Source of the DNA: an uncultured Gammaproteobacteria bacterium
GTDB lineage: Bacteria; Patescibacteriota; Patescibacteriia; UBA9570
DNA: 61,462 nt
Reading direction: 5' to 3'
Assembly: GCA_964385285.1 (NCBI GenBank)
Contig: CAYLOJ010000007.1
Span: 1-61,462, forward strand
Positions 1 through 10,210 of the stretch are shown in pieces (the stretch's first letter is position 1; each line of letters starts with the position of its first letter). The translations under genes and the position numbers were made by a program. The notes below the pieces were generated by a model. It made no database searches and was not told the origin of the DNA. It saw only the letters and a program-made list of their open reading frames with translations.

Positions 1-47
1 GCGTGGAGGATTCAGAGTCCTCTGCCTTACCGCTTGGCTACTCCCCA
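1..47 (-). tRNA. tRNA-Gln(CUG), 5' portion only; gene is cut by the window start
   Basis: Minus strand reads UGGGGAGUAGCCAAGCGGUAAGGCA-GAGGA-CUCUGAA-UCCUC. This gives the acceptor 5' strand, D-arm and anticodon arm with anticodon CUG. The T-arm lies outside the window. Confidence 0.7.
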
Positions 48-109
48 AGGTACTATGTTTAAGCTGCCCTAATATATCGTGTCTGTTTGGCGTTGTAAAG
101 TGATCTGCA

Positions 110-1702
110 CTAGACCTCTTTGCCGCCAATACTTTGTAGTGCTAAATCCCAAACATTTCCAACATCATCTGGATTCACACCAGCGATGTTATCTGAAGGT
201 AACGTATTCAATACCGAGACATCAATATCATATTGCTCACCCACCACGCACTCAACAACCACGGCCTGCCCTAAGATTTGATTCAATATTCCCGTAATGG
301 CGTGCAGATAATCGATTTGGCAAACTTTAGCTTTATGAAAATCATAACGAAACCCTAACTGTATTCGATTCGGTGCAAACGCATTGGCGACATGGGCAAC
401 GGATAATGCCATGGCCAAAGCATGATTTACCTCTTTCGTTTTAGCGATGACCGTTGTCCAATGTTGCTTCACGATTGCCAATAATTCTGGGTCTGGCGTG
501 CCTTGCCCGGCCGGCGCGAGCTGAACGGTTGCTGCTGCACTGGGTGTAGTAGATTTAGGCGCGGCACTAGCGATCGGTTTGAGAGATGGTTTAGCGGGCG
601 CAGGAACGGTTGTTGCTGGAGTAGCCACCACCGGCGCAACCGGTGTACGCGTGCACCACTGCAACCCAGGCACCTCGATTAACAACTGAGTGATTGGACT
701 TTTTTGGTAGAGTTCTCCCGCAGAGATAAACAGATCTAACAGCTGCAAATAATCCTGACTCGTCAGTAAAGACAAGGTTGCTAATAATTGTTCATGCGTA
801 TTAGCGTGAACGTCTAAATCTTCCAGGTGTGTTAAGGAATGATCCACGCTATATAATAAACCCCGCCGGAAGAGCTCCAAGAGCAATTGCCAGAGCTCTT
901 TCATTTGTGCACCAGATTGCACAGCCTCGGAGACGGCTTTGGCATAGGCTTGCGGTTGTTGCTTAGCTAAGTGCGTGAATAGCTCAACCGCTACAGCCAT
1001 ATCTACCCGCGGTAATACGACGTCCGCCATGGCACTGGTAATCTCCTTCTCGCCTACTGCTAACACCTGACCTAATAGACTTTCGGCATCACGCGCAGCC
1101 CCTTGGGCTTTGCGGGCAATGCGTTCCAAAACAATGGGCTCGACTACCACGCCTTCCTGCACACACAGCCACTCCAAACGTTTGATGAGGTCAGGCAAAC
1201 GAATCGCATGAAAATCAAACCGCTGGCAACGTGATACTACCGTAGCCGGTAACTTGTGTACTTCCGTTGTGGCCAGAATGAATACAACATGGGCGGGTGG
1301 CTCTTCCAGGATCTTCAACAAAGCATTGAAGGCCGATACCGATAACATATGTACTTCATCAATGATGAAGACCTTATACTGTACCTGCGACGGCGCAACG
1401 TAGGCATTCTGAATAATATTTTCACGAACATTATCCACTCCGGTATGACTAGCAGCATCAATCTCAATGATATCAATCAATGTTTCCGTACTAGCCGTTT
1501 TACCGTTGATCGCTTTTGCAAAAATACGAGCCAGTGTCGTTTTACCGACACCACGCGGACCAGCAAATAAATAAGCGTGTGCAATGCGACCAGAGCTAAT
1601 TTGGTTCTGCAGGGTTAACTTAATATGCTCCTGATTAATCACCCCAGCAAAGTCTTGTGGACGATATTTTCGGTAGAGTGCAGTCGCTGAAGATGTGGAC
1701 AT
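110..1702 (-). CDS. dnaX: DNA polymerase III subunit gamma/tau
   Basis: ORF track 110..1825. Clamp-loader motifs present (YRPQDF, GPRGVGKTT Walker A, DEVHML, SRCQ). Start moved to the in-frame ATG at 1702 (MSTSSATALYRKYRP) because the 41 upstream codons run through a terminator and GC-rich hairpins. Confidence 0.9.
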   Translation of the reverse strand: MSTSSATALYRKYRPQDFAGVINQEHIKLTLQNQISSGRIAHAYLFAGPRGVGKTTLARIFAKAINGKTASTETLIDIIEIDAASHTGVDNVRENIIQNAYVAPSQVQYKVFIIDEVHMLSVSAFNALLKILEEPPAHVVFILATTEVHKLPATVVSRCQRFDFHAIRLPDLIKRLEWLCVQEGVVVEPIVLERIARKAQGAARDAESLLGQVLAVGEKEITSAMADVVLPRVDMAVAVELFTHLAKQQPQAYAKAVSEAVQSGAQMKELWQLLLELFRRGLLYSVDHSLTHLEDLDVHANTHEQLLATLSLLTSQDYLQLLDLFISAGELYQKSPITQLLIEVPGLQWCTRTPVAPVVATPATTVPAPAKPSLKPIASAAPKSTTPSAAATVQLAPAGQGTPDPELLAIVKQHWTTVIAKTKEVNHALAMALSVAHVANAFAPNRIQLGFRYDFHKAKVCQIDYLHAITGILNQILGQAVVVECVVGEQYDIDVSVLNTLPSDNIAGVNPDDVGNVWDLALQSIGGKEV

Positions 1703-1720
1703 AGGAGGCTTAGTATACGG

Positions 1721-1744
1721 AAAAAAAATCGGCTTGGCAAGCCG
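1721..1744 (-). terminator. Rho-independent terminator ending the cassette-A transcript
   Basis: Minus strand CGGCUU-GCC-AAGCCG hairpin followed by U8, about 18 nt upstream of the dnaX ATG. Confidence 0.6.
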
Positions 1745-1772
1745 CGTATTTGAACGAAAAATCCTAGATTGT

Positions 1773-1840
1773 GAGTAGCCCGCCGCATCGAATCGCATCG
1801 ACGCGGCAGGCACTCCTCCTACCATTGACGCCGAAGCGTC
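1773..1840 (-). other. Cassette-A 3' module: UUCG-tetraloop hairpin, then UAGGAGGA, then a 13-bp GC hairpin
   Basis: Minus strand GACGC-UUCG-GCGUC (1827-1840), then GGAGGA (about 1814-1822), then the GAGUGCCUGCCGC...GCGGCGGGCUACUC stem (1773-1815). Confidence 0.5.
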
Positions 1841-1843
1841 TTC

Positions 1844-2242
1844 CTACTCCAGCGGGCGCAGCGCCGCAAACAACTTCTGGAGCAACTGCTCCACGATGGT
1901 CGGGCGCTCCCGCGTCCAGAGCGACCAGATGGTCTTCGCGTCGCCCATCAGCATCTCCTCCGCTCCAGCCACGGTCAGGATGCCATTCAGGCGCGCGGCC
2001 TTGTAGGCATTCGCGACCAGCGTCTGAACGCAGTAGTCGTTCTGGCTCGGGTCGAGCAGGATCAGCGTCTGCAGCCAGATGGCTGAGTCGCCGAGCTGCT
2101 TGATCGGGACACGCTGGTGGCGGCTGAAGTCCGTCTCCGGGTAGTCGCCCTTGAGTTCGTCGTAGTCCGCCTCGGAGAAGCGGACCAGCGGCGACTGCAG
2201 GCCGTCATCGCCACCAACCGGGAAGATGATCATCAGTAACAT
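1844..2242 (-). CDS. GC-rich cassette A: hypothetical 132-aa cytosolic protein
   Basis: ORF track. Third-codon positions are almost all G/C, unlike neighbours. Weak SD (AGAGG) lies 6 nt before the ATG. The antisense ORF 1771..2103 is Arg/Ser/Pro/Ala-rich and judged spurious. Confidence 0.7.
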   Translation of the reverse strand: MLLMIIFPVGGDDGLQSPLVRFSEADYDELKGDYPETDFSRHQRVPIKQLGDSAIWLQTLILLDPSQNDYCVQTLVANAYKAARLNGILTVAGAEEMLMGDAKTIWSLWTRERPTIVEQLLQKLFAALRPLE

Positions 2243-2289
2243 CAGAACCTCTGTGTGGCACAGTGAGCATCAGGCTCAATGGCGCGATT

Positions 2290-2333
2290 TTTTTATCACA
2301 AAAAAACAGCTCTGTCAATGCAACAGGGCTGTT
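2290..2333 (-). promoter_or_regulatory. Terminator hairpin of the upstream gene with an embedded sigma70-type promoter for cassette A
   Basis: Minus strand AACAGC...GCUGUU hairpin plus U-run. TTGACA (2313-2318) lies in the loop, followed by a 17-nt spacer and TAAAAA (2290-2295). Confidence 0.5.
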
Positions 2334-2351
2334 TTATGGATTTTTTTAACA

Positions 2352-3050
2352 CTAGCTGAGCTGTGCCGCGTCTCCTGCAGATAACTGAGCGGCATCACCA
2401 GATGGTAATTCAGCGGCTTCACCGGAAGGCAACTCAGCTGACTCGCCACTGGGTAGCTCTGCAGCGTAACCCGATGGTAGCTCGGCAGTATCCCCTAGTG
2501 GCAATAATGACTCCTCACCATGTTTGATCAAATTTTCAACCGCTGCCCAGACAGACTCACCATCTTCAGGAGTTAAGATTACTACTTCATCTCCGGCGGC
2601 TCCTTTGAAATAGGTAATGGCTGCTAAAATCACCCGATAGGCTCGACCACTCACTAAGACAGTATAATCACCAGTGGTTTGATCGATCACCAACGTACCA
2701 ACCATGCGCTTCCGTTCGACTGGTCCGATCTGTTTATAGATAAAGGTACCGTCTGGTTTAATCGTTAGTTTCAAGATATCGCCTTCCACTAATTTGGATT
2801 TGGAAGCGTAATTCGCCGGAACGGTATAGACCTTACCGTCGGCCCCGACCATATTCTGTCCATTAAAGACTCCTTCAATGATTTGGTTATTCCCTTGAAA
2901 GCTCGGTTCAGACAATACCGCAGCGCGTTGCTCCACAGCTGGTAAACTGGAACTATCCAGGCTATCCATGATTTGTTGCGCCAAATGCAATTGCGCCGAG
3001 GCATTTGCTAACGCCTGACGCAACTCTTGCAAAGTAGTATCGGTATCCAT
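2352..3050 (-). CDS. Hypothetical protein with a C-terminal AELPSG[DE] heptad tandem repeat
   Basis: ORF track. Five to six imperfect 21-nt repeats at about 2352-2480. Confidence 0.7.
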   Translation of the reverse strand: MDTDTTLQELRQALANASAQLHLAQQIMDSLDSSSLPAVEQRAAVLSEPSFQGNNQIIEGVFNGQNMVGADGKVYTVPANYASKSKLVEGDILKLTIKPDGTFIYKQIGPVERKRMVGTLVIDQTTGDYTVLVSGRAYRVILAAITYFKGAAGDEVVILTPEDGESVWAAVENLIKHGEESLLPLGDTAELPSGYAAELPSGESAELPSGEAAELPSGDAAQLSAGDAAQLS

Positions 3051-3107
3051 ATTGTTTTTGTTTTAACGACTGAAGATGTTTGAGGGGCTTACTATAGCAA
3101 ATTTTTT

Positions 3108-3896
3108 TTAGGCTGCCAATGAACCACCTTGGCCTAAGTGACTCTGATTGTTACTTTGTTGAGCGGCAAGTTGTGCCGTATCATCTTGGCTGGCATCCAC
3201 CATTGCTTCATCCGGCTTAGCTTCTTCTAATTTCTTGGGGCTGCCATCAGCATTCAACCGTTCTTGATAGATAAACATGACTTTAAAACCCAGTTCAACA
3301 TTCTCTACCACGAAGCCAAATTCATTTTTACGTACTAAGCGAAAATCAGCATCCTGTTTTTGTAAGGATTCGTAGAGTGCTTCGCCTTGGCCTGGTGCCA
3401 CAATAAAATTGGCATCCCCTTTTTCCCGTAAACGACTAGTGGTGCGGCCACTGATCGTTTCTGGTTTAATTGCAGCAATGGATTCACGGCAATTCTCCAA
3501 CGCATCATAAATATCCTCCGCCAACGCATGCATCAATTTTTTTAACTGAGAATCTTGATCGGCCGTATCTGTAACCTCTTCACTCACTGTGCTGGGAGAC
3601 AACTCGCTACTCACCGTTACACCTAAAGATTTTTGTAGTTCACCTAAGGCAGCTTGGCGGCCAGCTTCATCTTTTTTAGCAAAGTTTTGTTCAATCACCT
3701 TATAGATACTGTAAACACTATTGAACCGAACCGGATCCACTTCAACTTGTTCTCCAGTTGATGTATCGGCTACATGCTCAATTTCTCCAGTAGGAACAGC
3801 GTCGCGACTTTCTGTTCGCATGTTTAAACGTTTTTCAAACTCTGCTTCTTGGCTAGGTAATTTGCCTTTCTGTGGAAATTGGACAACTTGAGACAT
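3108..3896 (-). CDS. Hypothetical acidic protein
   Basis: ORF track. Host-like composition. No recognisable motif. Confidence 0.6.
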   Translation of the reverse strand: MSQVVQFPQKGKLPSQEAEFEKRLNMRTESRDAVPTGEIEHVADTSTGEQVEVDPVRFNSVYSIYKVIEQNFAKKDEAGRQAALGELQKSLGVTVSSELSPSTVSEEVTDTADQDSQLKKLMHALAEDIYDALENCRESIAAIKPETISGRTTSRLREKGDANFIVAPGQGEALYESLQKQDADFRLVRKNEFGFVVENVELGFKVMFIYQERLNADGSPKKLEEAKPDEAMVDASQDDTAQLAAQQSNNQSHLGQGGSLAA

Positions 3897-3925
3897 AGGT
3901 TGAATTTTTATTTTAATAATTTTTT

Positions 3926-6478
3926 TTAGAAAAAGGAATCTGGAGCCGTGAGATCAGAACCACCGCCTAACTGATCTAACTTACCACGTTCAATAATTTC
4001 CGCTTCGACGATGGCGCGATCGCGGCCGTATTTGAGACGTGATAGTTGTTTCAACTGTTCAGCTAACGGCACATTGCCTGGTGGCGGCATGATCGTTTTC
4101 ATATTGAATGGCCGACAGGTGGTGTTATCAATCAAGAGTTTAATATTCGCCGTATATTTTTCGACGTTGATTACATCGTTTTCGTTAAAGACCGGCGCAA
4201 ATTCTTTGGCGATCATCTCGGCATCTTCCACGCCGATGCGGAACGCTACTTTGGTACCGACGTTACCAAACACAGCATCGCGTACTTGGGAATCATTATT
4301 CTTCACCAATTGTGAAACATACTGGTGAGCCAAGATCATATTCAAACGATATTTACGAGCCTCAGACAAGATGATCGCAATCGAATCGGTCGTATAGTTT
4401 TGGAACTCATCAATATAGCAGTAGAAATCTTTGCGTTGCTCCTTCGGCAAATTGGCACGTGACATCGCCGCCATCTGAATTTTCGAGACCATGATCAACC
4501 CTAACAAACTACTATTCACTTCTCCGATCTGCCCTTTCGACAAATTCACCAACAAAATTTTACGATTATCCATGATCTCGCGCACGTTGAAACCAGATTT
4601 ATTTTGACCAACGATATTGCGCATCATATCGTTGGTTAAGAAACGACCAATCTTGGAAATGACATACGACAACATGTCAGCGGCTTGTTGGCCGGCTTGC
4701 GACTGTTCGTATTCTTGTTCCCAGAAGTTTTTGACAATCAAGTTCTTCACATGTTTCAGTTTTTCTTTGCGGAACTTGGCATCAGTGAACATGCGTGGAA
4801 TTTCAATCAAACTCGCGCCGGCTTCTTTGTCGTCCATCATCGCCAACATCGCATTACGCATATAATGTTCAAACATTGGACCGATCATCTCCTGACCGAA
4901 CAACTTGTAGAAGATAGCGACCATTTCCTGCACAGCAAAATCTTTCTGCTCATCGGTATCGTATTCCAACATGTTCAACCCGACTGGGCGATCCACATCC
5001 CCTGGTTGAAAGACGACCACATCATCAGCACGTTCTTTCGGAATATGCTCTAAAACGTCTTGGACTAAATCACCATGCGGATCAATCACGCACACGCCCT
5101 CGCCATTTTCAATATCCTGGATTGCCAAGTTGGATAACATCACCGATTTACCTGAACCCGTCTGACCAATGACATACATATGACGCTGACGATCTGGTCG
5201 TTTAATCCGCACAGGCGTGACAATACCGCGGTATTCAACACTGCCTAAAATCACACCTTCTTTAGGCATATTAAAGGGCGGTGCGGCTTTTTTCGATAAC
5301 AACCAACGAATATTTGGGGTCTCGGTCGTTGGCAAAGGCATGTGATAGAGCGTGCAGATCTCCTTAGTATTTAAGACAAACGATTTGTGCTCATCAAATG
5401 TCCGGTAGATAAAATGTTCAATCTCCTTCTGATTGATACTAGGTTTGGAGCTCTTGAACTCATTGGCATACAACGTACCTGAATACTGCGCAAAGGCGCC
5501 AAGAATGGTGTGTGTTTTATATTCTGCAATTTCTTTGGTGGCGGCGGAAACGATAACACGAATGTTCACATCAAATCCAGGATTTCCCGCTTTCTCTTCA
5601 AAGCCCTTCACCATCTCTTCTTCCATCGGCGATAATTTATATTCACGCTCTGTGCGCAAGTCGATCCCCTGTTCACGTTTCGCATGATCTTTGAAGAAGA
5701 TATATTTCAAAGCAATCCACTCACGATAAAAAAAGTTACCAGCGACTTCCGCGTGAGCTTGTTCATATTTTTTACCCTGGTGCATCGTGGCGGCAATATG
5801 TGCTGGGACCCTTGCCCAATGTTTGCGAGATGGACGAATCACAAACTGCACGGCTGCTCCTTCATGTTTCTCGAATTTTGACAGCACGTTTGTCAATGCA
5901 CTCATCGGATCTACCTCCAACTTATTGTAGATCAAAATGGGAAACTCGTTGGCTTTTTTTAAGGTGACCCGTGATGCCACGACTACGCCGTTGGGTTCAA
6001 AGACATTGTAATCCTCTACTTCATCGATGACGGCTGCATCGTACTGGGCTTGAAACTGCTGTTCAAAATAGGTGCGCAAATTATGTGGTACGACGGCAAA
6101 ATAGGTAATCAATTGATCTTTATCCGCGACAATCTCAAAACTAAAATGATCGTTACGACCAAACCAAAACTCCTCCCACCGAGAACCATGCGGAATTTGA
6201 TGAATTGCAGTATAGAAAGCTTCCGCAATACTAATACGCTGCTCTTCCGATTGTTTACGATACGATGGATTATCGCCAGACTGCTTCTCTTGCATGTCCT
6301 CTTTGGGCACACGAATCATCAACACGGCTCGCTTCATGCTATCAGAACGATGCACTAACTTGCGCGTATAATTGCGTAACAACATGATGGTTAGATAAAC
6401 CACCAGCAAAGCTACCAGGATATACAAGATGAACGGAACGATAGGATAAAGCAGGAAAAAGTCCAAGATCTGATCCAT
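3926..6478 (-). CDS. Membrane-anchored HerA/VirD4/TraD-like P-loop ATPase
   Basis: N-terminal TM helix. Walker A GQTGSGKS, VIDPHGDL, Walker B-like YIDEFQNY, and ARKYRLNMILAHQ typical of DUF87 / TraD-TraG C-terminal ATPases. Confidence 0.65.
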   Translation of the reverse strand: MDQILDFFLLYPIVPFILYILVALLVVYLTIMLLRNYTRKLVHRSDSMKRAVLMIRVPKEDMQEKQSGDNPSYRKQSEEQRISIAEAFYTAIHQIPHGSRWEEFWFGRNDHFSFEIVADKDQLITYFAVVPHNLRTYFEQQFQAQYDAAVIDEVEDYNVFEPNGVVVASRVTLKKANEFPILIYNKLEVDPMSALTNVLSKFEKHEGAAVQFVIRPSRKHWARVPAHIAATMHQGKKYEQAHAEVAGNFFYREWIALKYIFFKDHAKREQGIDLRTEREYKLSPMEEEMVKGFEEKAGNPGFDVNIRVIVSAATKEIAEYKTHTILGAFAQYSGTLYANEFKSSKPSINQKEIEHFIYRTFDEHKSFVLNTKEICTLYHMPLPTTETPNIRWLLSKKAAPPFNMPKEGVILGSVEYRGIVTPVRIKRPDRQRHMYVIGQTGSGKSVMLSNLAIQDIENGEGVCVIDPHGDLVQDVLEHIPKERADDVVVFQPGDVDRPVGLNMLEYDTDEQKDFAVQEMVAIFYKLFGQEMIGPMFEHYMRNAMLAMMDDKEAGASLIEIPRMFTDAKFRKEKLKHVKNLIVKNFWEQEYEQSQAGQQAADMLSYVISKIGRFLTNDMMRNIVGQNKSGFNVREIMDNRKILLVNLSKGQIGEVNSSLLGLIMVSKIQMAAMSRANLPKEQRKDFYCYIDEFQNYTTDSIAIILSEARKYRLNMILAHQYVSQLVKNNDSQVRDAVFGNVGTKVAFRIGVEDAEMIAKEFAPVFNENDVINVEKYTANIKLLIDNTTCRPFNMKTIMPPPGNVPLAEQLKQLSRLKYGRDRAIVEAEIIERGKLDQLGGGSDLTAPDSFF

Positions 6479-6479
6479 A

Positions 6480-7028
6480 CTATTGTCCTAATCGACGCCT
6501 TAACATCTCCTCTTGCGCCACCTTAATAATCTCATCCGCTTTTAATTTTGCTTCTTGCTCCAAGAAAAATTTGTTCACTCCTGGAATCAATTTCAACCAA
6601 GCGCGGATTAAATGCAACACTTTGCGCGCAGTCAGTTTCAAATGAATCGTCAAATCTTCGATCGCTTTGGCGACTTCCTCCCCTTTCTTACGAAACTTCT
6701 CTTGCTGAGCTGGAGTCATGGTCACATAAGCTGTTTCTAAACCATCAGCCATCAACTCTTCATATTTCATCTGCAACGGTGTCTTCCCCGTATCGTCGGT
6801 CATGACGTTGTCTGTCTTCGGACGACTAGCCTGCCGAATCACATAGGGTGATTCATCTGGTTTCTCCTCATTCACCTGTTTGTACTGCTCAAAAGCCTGC
6901 TCCGTTACTGGAGCCTGCTCAACCGGCTTCGTCATTTCTACGACAGGAGCGACTTGTTCAATTTTGGTCGCAACCGACGGTTGCTCATGCTGATCGTGAT
7001 GTTCAGCTAGGTGTTCAGGCTTAGGCAT
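6480..7028 (-). CDS. Hypothetical protein
   Basis: ORF track. Stop lies 1 nt from the ATPase start, so the two are probably co-transcribed. Confidence 0.55.
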   Translation of the reverse strand: MPKPEHLAEHHDQHEQPSVATKIEQVAPVVEMTKPVEQAPVTEQAFEQYKQVNEEKPDESPYVIRQASRPKTDNVMTDDTGKTPLQMKYEELMADGLETAYVTMTPAQQEKFRKKGEEVAKAIEDLTIHLKLTARKVLHLIRAWLKLIPGVNKFFLEQEAKLKADEIIKVAQEEMLRRRLGQ

Positions 7029-7088
7029 GGACTTACTATACCATAAATTAGGCTTTACAGCAAGGATTTTTTCTGGTAATCTATTGCC

Positions 7089-8054
7089 ATGTCAGAAACC
7101 GTTTTAACTGCCCTACCGAACAATGTTGAAATCTTGGAACACAACGGGATTCGTTGGATTAATATTGAACAACCAACCAAAGAAGCGCTGCACTACTTAA
7201 AGAGCCACTTCCCGTTTCACGTCTTAGATTACGAAGACATTGTTAGCTCGACGCATCGCTCCAAGGTCGATAAATATCCAGACTACATCTTCTTAACACT
7301 ATTCTTTCCATTGCTAGATCGTAAAAGCCGATCGATCAAAGCTGGTGAGATTGATTTCTTTTTAGGGAAAGATTATCTCGTGACCGTGCAACGCGCTGAT
7401 ATTCCCACCTTTGTAGATATGTATCAGCTCTGTGAAGCATCGGAACAAGCCCGCGCTAACTACATGGTGCAATCCCCTCAATATCTGCTCTATAAAATTT
7501 TGCAGCGCTTATTTCAATACTGCTATCCTATTTTGGATCATATTGATTCTGAAATTGATATTATTGAAGGTCGCGTCTTTGAAAGCGGTCAGCAAAACCT
7601 ACTGCAGGAGATCTTGGAAGCCCGCCATAACATTGCCGATGTGCGCCGCATCATTCAACCCCATCGCCAAACCTTGTTACGCTTGAACAAACCGATTTTA
7701 ACAAGTCATGAACCCGATTTTGAATTGGATAAGAAGTATGAAGATTATTTCGATGACCTGCTCGATTACACGCAAGAGATTTGGAATCAATTGGAATCGT
7801 TTAAAGAGTCAATGGAAGCGCTACATGAAACCAACCAATCGCTGATCTCCTACCGGATTAATGAGGCGACGAAAACGTTAACGATCTTCTCGGCATTAAT
7901 GCTTCCCGCCGGCGTGATCGCTGGCCTATTCGGAATGAATGCGCACAACATCCCCTTTGCTGGTGATGCTAGCGACTTCTATATTTTCACGGCGTTAACG
8001 GTTTTAGGTATCTTGGCTACTTTGCTCTACGTGCGTCGTAAAAAAATCTTATAG
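7089..8054 (+). CDS. corA: Magnesium/cobalt transporter CorA
   Basis: Two C-terminal TM helices and the GMN motif (GLFGMNAHNIPF). Confidence 0.85.
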   Translation: MSETVLTALPNNVEILEHNGIRWINIEQPTKEALHYLKSHFPFHVLDYEDIVSSTHRSKVDKYPDYIFLTLFFPLLDRKSRSIKAGEIDFFLGKDYLVTVQRADIPTFVDMYQLCEASEQARANYMVQSPQYLLYKILQRLFQYCYPILDHIDSEIDIIEGRVFESGQQNLLQEILEARHNIADVRRIIQPHRQTLLRLNKPILTSHEPDFELDKKYEDYFDDLLDYTQEIWNQLESFKESMEALHETNQSLISYRINEATKTLTIFSALMLPAGVIAGLFGMNAHNIPFAGDASDFYIFTALTVLGILATLLYVRRKKIL

Positions 8055-8069
8055 TGTTATACTTCATGC

Positions 8070-9431
8070 ATGTTGCAGTTCTATAACACATTGAGTCGAA
8101 CCATCGAGCCATTCACTCCCCTGCATGCTGGGAAGGTAGGTTTGTATACCTGTGGGCCAACCGTATATAACTATGCGCACATTGGAAATTTGCGCACTTA
8201 TATTTTCGAAGATATTTTGCGCCGAGTGTTACAAAACAATGGCTATGCTGTGAACCATGTCATGAACATCACTGATGTCGGCCATTTAACCGATGATGCC
8301 GACAGCGGTGAAGATAAGATGGAAAAAGGTGCCGCCCGTGAACAGAAATCCGTTTGGGATATTGCTGAATTCTATACTCAAGCGTTCAGACAAGATGCTA
8401 AAGATCTAAATTTATTGGATCCCAAAATCATCTGCAAAGCCACTGATCATATTCAAGAACAGATTGATCTTGTACTCAAACTCACTGAACGTGGTTTCAC
8501 CTATCAAACTAGTGACGGCATTTATTTTGATACCAGTAAGTTATCGGATTACGGTAAATTAGCCCGTTTGGATATTGCTGGATTATCTGCCGGTAATCGT
8601 GTCGAGATGGGTGATAAAAAACATCCAACCGATTTTGCCTTATGGAAGTTCAGCCCAGCAGATAGTAAACGCCAGATGGAATGGAACTCGCCGTGGGGCG
8701 TGGGTTTCCCTGGCTGGCATATTGAATGCTCGGCCATGAGTTTAAAATATCTCGGCGATCACTTCGATATCCATTGTGGCGGGATTGATCATATTCCTGT
8801 GCATCACACCAATGAGATTGCGCAGAATGAAGGAGCGCTCGGCCACAGTACGGTGAACTATTGGTTACATGGCGAATTCTTGCTAACGAACGATGAACGG
8901 ATGGGTAAATCCAAAGGGAATTTTTTGACGCTACAATTGTTAAAAGATAAAGGATACGATCCCCTCGCCTACCGCTATTTCTGTTTCTCGGCTCATTATC
9001 GTTCGAAATTGAATTTTAGTTTTGAAGCGTTAGATGGAGCGCAAACCACACTGCAGAATTTACGTCGCTTGATTCAAGGTTGGGATAAACCAACAGAGAT
9101 CGATACCGTGATGATGGAACAATTTACCGCTGCGGTTAATACGGATTTAGATATGCCGAAAGCGTTGGCAGTACTCTGGACAATGGTCCGCTCCAACATG
9201 GCTAGTGCCATTAAACATGCCACCGTGTTAGAGATGGATCTGGTGTTAGGATTGCAGTTGAATCAAGCCCCGGCTGAAATTCCACCCGAGGTGATGGAAC
9301 TAGTAATAGCGCGGGAAGGCGTCCGTCAGGCCAAACAATGGGCAGAATCGGATCGCTTACGTGATGAGATTAAACGTCAGGGATATATTGTCGAAGATAG
9401 TAAAACTGGTCCACGTGTGTATCCACTATGA
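8070..9431 (+). CDS. cysS: Cysteine--tRNA ligase
   Basis: Class I HIGN motif ([10 protein letters not shown]) and KMSKS-like KMGKSKGN. Confidence 0.9.
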   Translation: MLQFYNTLSRTIEPFTPLHAGKVGLYTCGPTVYNYAHIGNLRTYIFEDILRRVLQNNGYAVNHVMNITDVGHLTDDADSGEDKMEKGAAREQKSVWDIAEFYTQAFRQDAKDLNLLDPKIICKATDHIQEQIDLVLKLTERGFTYQTSDGIYFDTSKLSDYGKLARLDIAGLSAGNRVEMGDKKHPTDFALWKFSPADSKRQMEWNSPWGVGFPGWHIECSAMSLKYLGDHFDIHCGGIDHIPVHHTNEIAQNEGALGHSTVNYWLHGEFLLTNDERMGKSKGNFLTLQLLKDKGYDPLAYRYFCFSAHYRSKLNFSFEALDGAQTTLQNLRRLIQGWDKPTEIDTVMMEQFTAAVNTDLDMPKALAVLWTMVRSNMASAIKHATVLEMDLVLGLQLNQAPAEIPPEVMELVIAREGVRQAKQWAESDRLRDEIKRQGYIVEDSKTGPRVYPL

Positions 9432-10210
9432 GAGAGGTCCGAAAAATGCCTTACGAACCAAGTCGTACTAAACGGTTTGAGATTTCCGCAGACGCTATTT
9501 CACGTGAGCGACTTAAAACGCTACATGGAGCCTATCAAGATTGGAAGCAAAAATTACCAGAGGTTGGTATAGGATTTACGCTATACGGTTCACTCAGTAA
9601 AGGCAAAGTATTAGATGCCGAGTCTGCTAAACATAGTGATGTAGATGTGAGATTATTTATTGATCAGCAGGATATCGAACGATCACTTGCAACGTTACCC
9701 GAAGAGATTATGCAGCACTATTACGATATCGCCACTGCCGAAGCTAAAGTGCAGATGAATCCGGAAACAGCTTGGCGAGCAGTAGCCGACTTAATGCGTC
9801 GTGATATCACTCAGCGCTTTGCAGAACTTGCCACACCAACCGATTGCTCAGTGAGTGCTCAACCCATTGCGATGCATGGCGATCATTCCATTGCACAACA
9901 TATGGAACACTACCTCTACCCTGCTATCGATCAAGATCCATCCGACCCCAGTAACTTTGCAGATGGTTATACCATTGCCTCGTATTGGCATTTAGATGTT
10001 GGTGGTGGGATGCGGCCTTATCGTAAAGCATTTTTGGAAGAGCTGAAGCGGCACGAAACGCCTGAGGAGCAAGAACGTATTTGGTCGACGATTCATGATG
10101 CCATCATCAGTGTTGAACGCGCCGCAAATATTCCAGAACAGATCGCCAAACAATTTCCAGCAACCTTTGCGGATGCGTGCCAATATTATGGTGTCACCCC
10201 ATCTCTATGA
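9428..10210 (+). CDS. Hypothetical protein, possible nucleotidyltransferase fold
   Basis: YGSLSKGK...SDVDVRLF resembles the hG[GS]-x(n)-DhD NTase motif. ATGA overlap with the cysS stop. Confidence 0.4.
   Translation: MREVRKMPYEPSRTKRFEISADAISRERLKTLHGAYQDWKQKLPEVGIGFTLYGSLSKGKVLDAESAKHSDVDVRLFIDQQDIERSLATLPEEIMQHYYDIATAEAKVQMNPETAWRAVADLMRRDITQRFAELATPTDCSVSAQPIAMHGDHSIAQHMEHYLYPAIDQDPSDPSNFADGYTIASYWHLDVGGGMRPYRKAFLEELKRHETPEEQERIWSTIHDAIISVERAANIPEQIAKQFPATFADACQYYGVTPSL

Noticed and set aside
1703-1825. N-terminal 41-codon extension of dnaX in the ORF track (start at 1825)
   Set aside because: The extension runs through a rho-independent terminator and the GC-rich hairpins of cassette A. 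The canonical DnaX N-terminus begins at the ATG at 1702.
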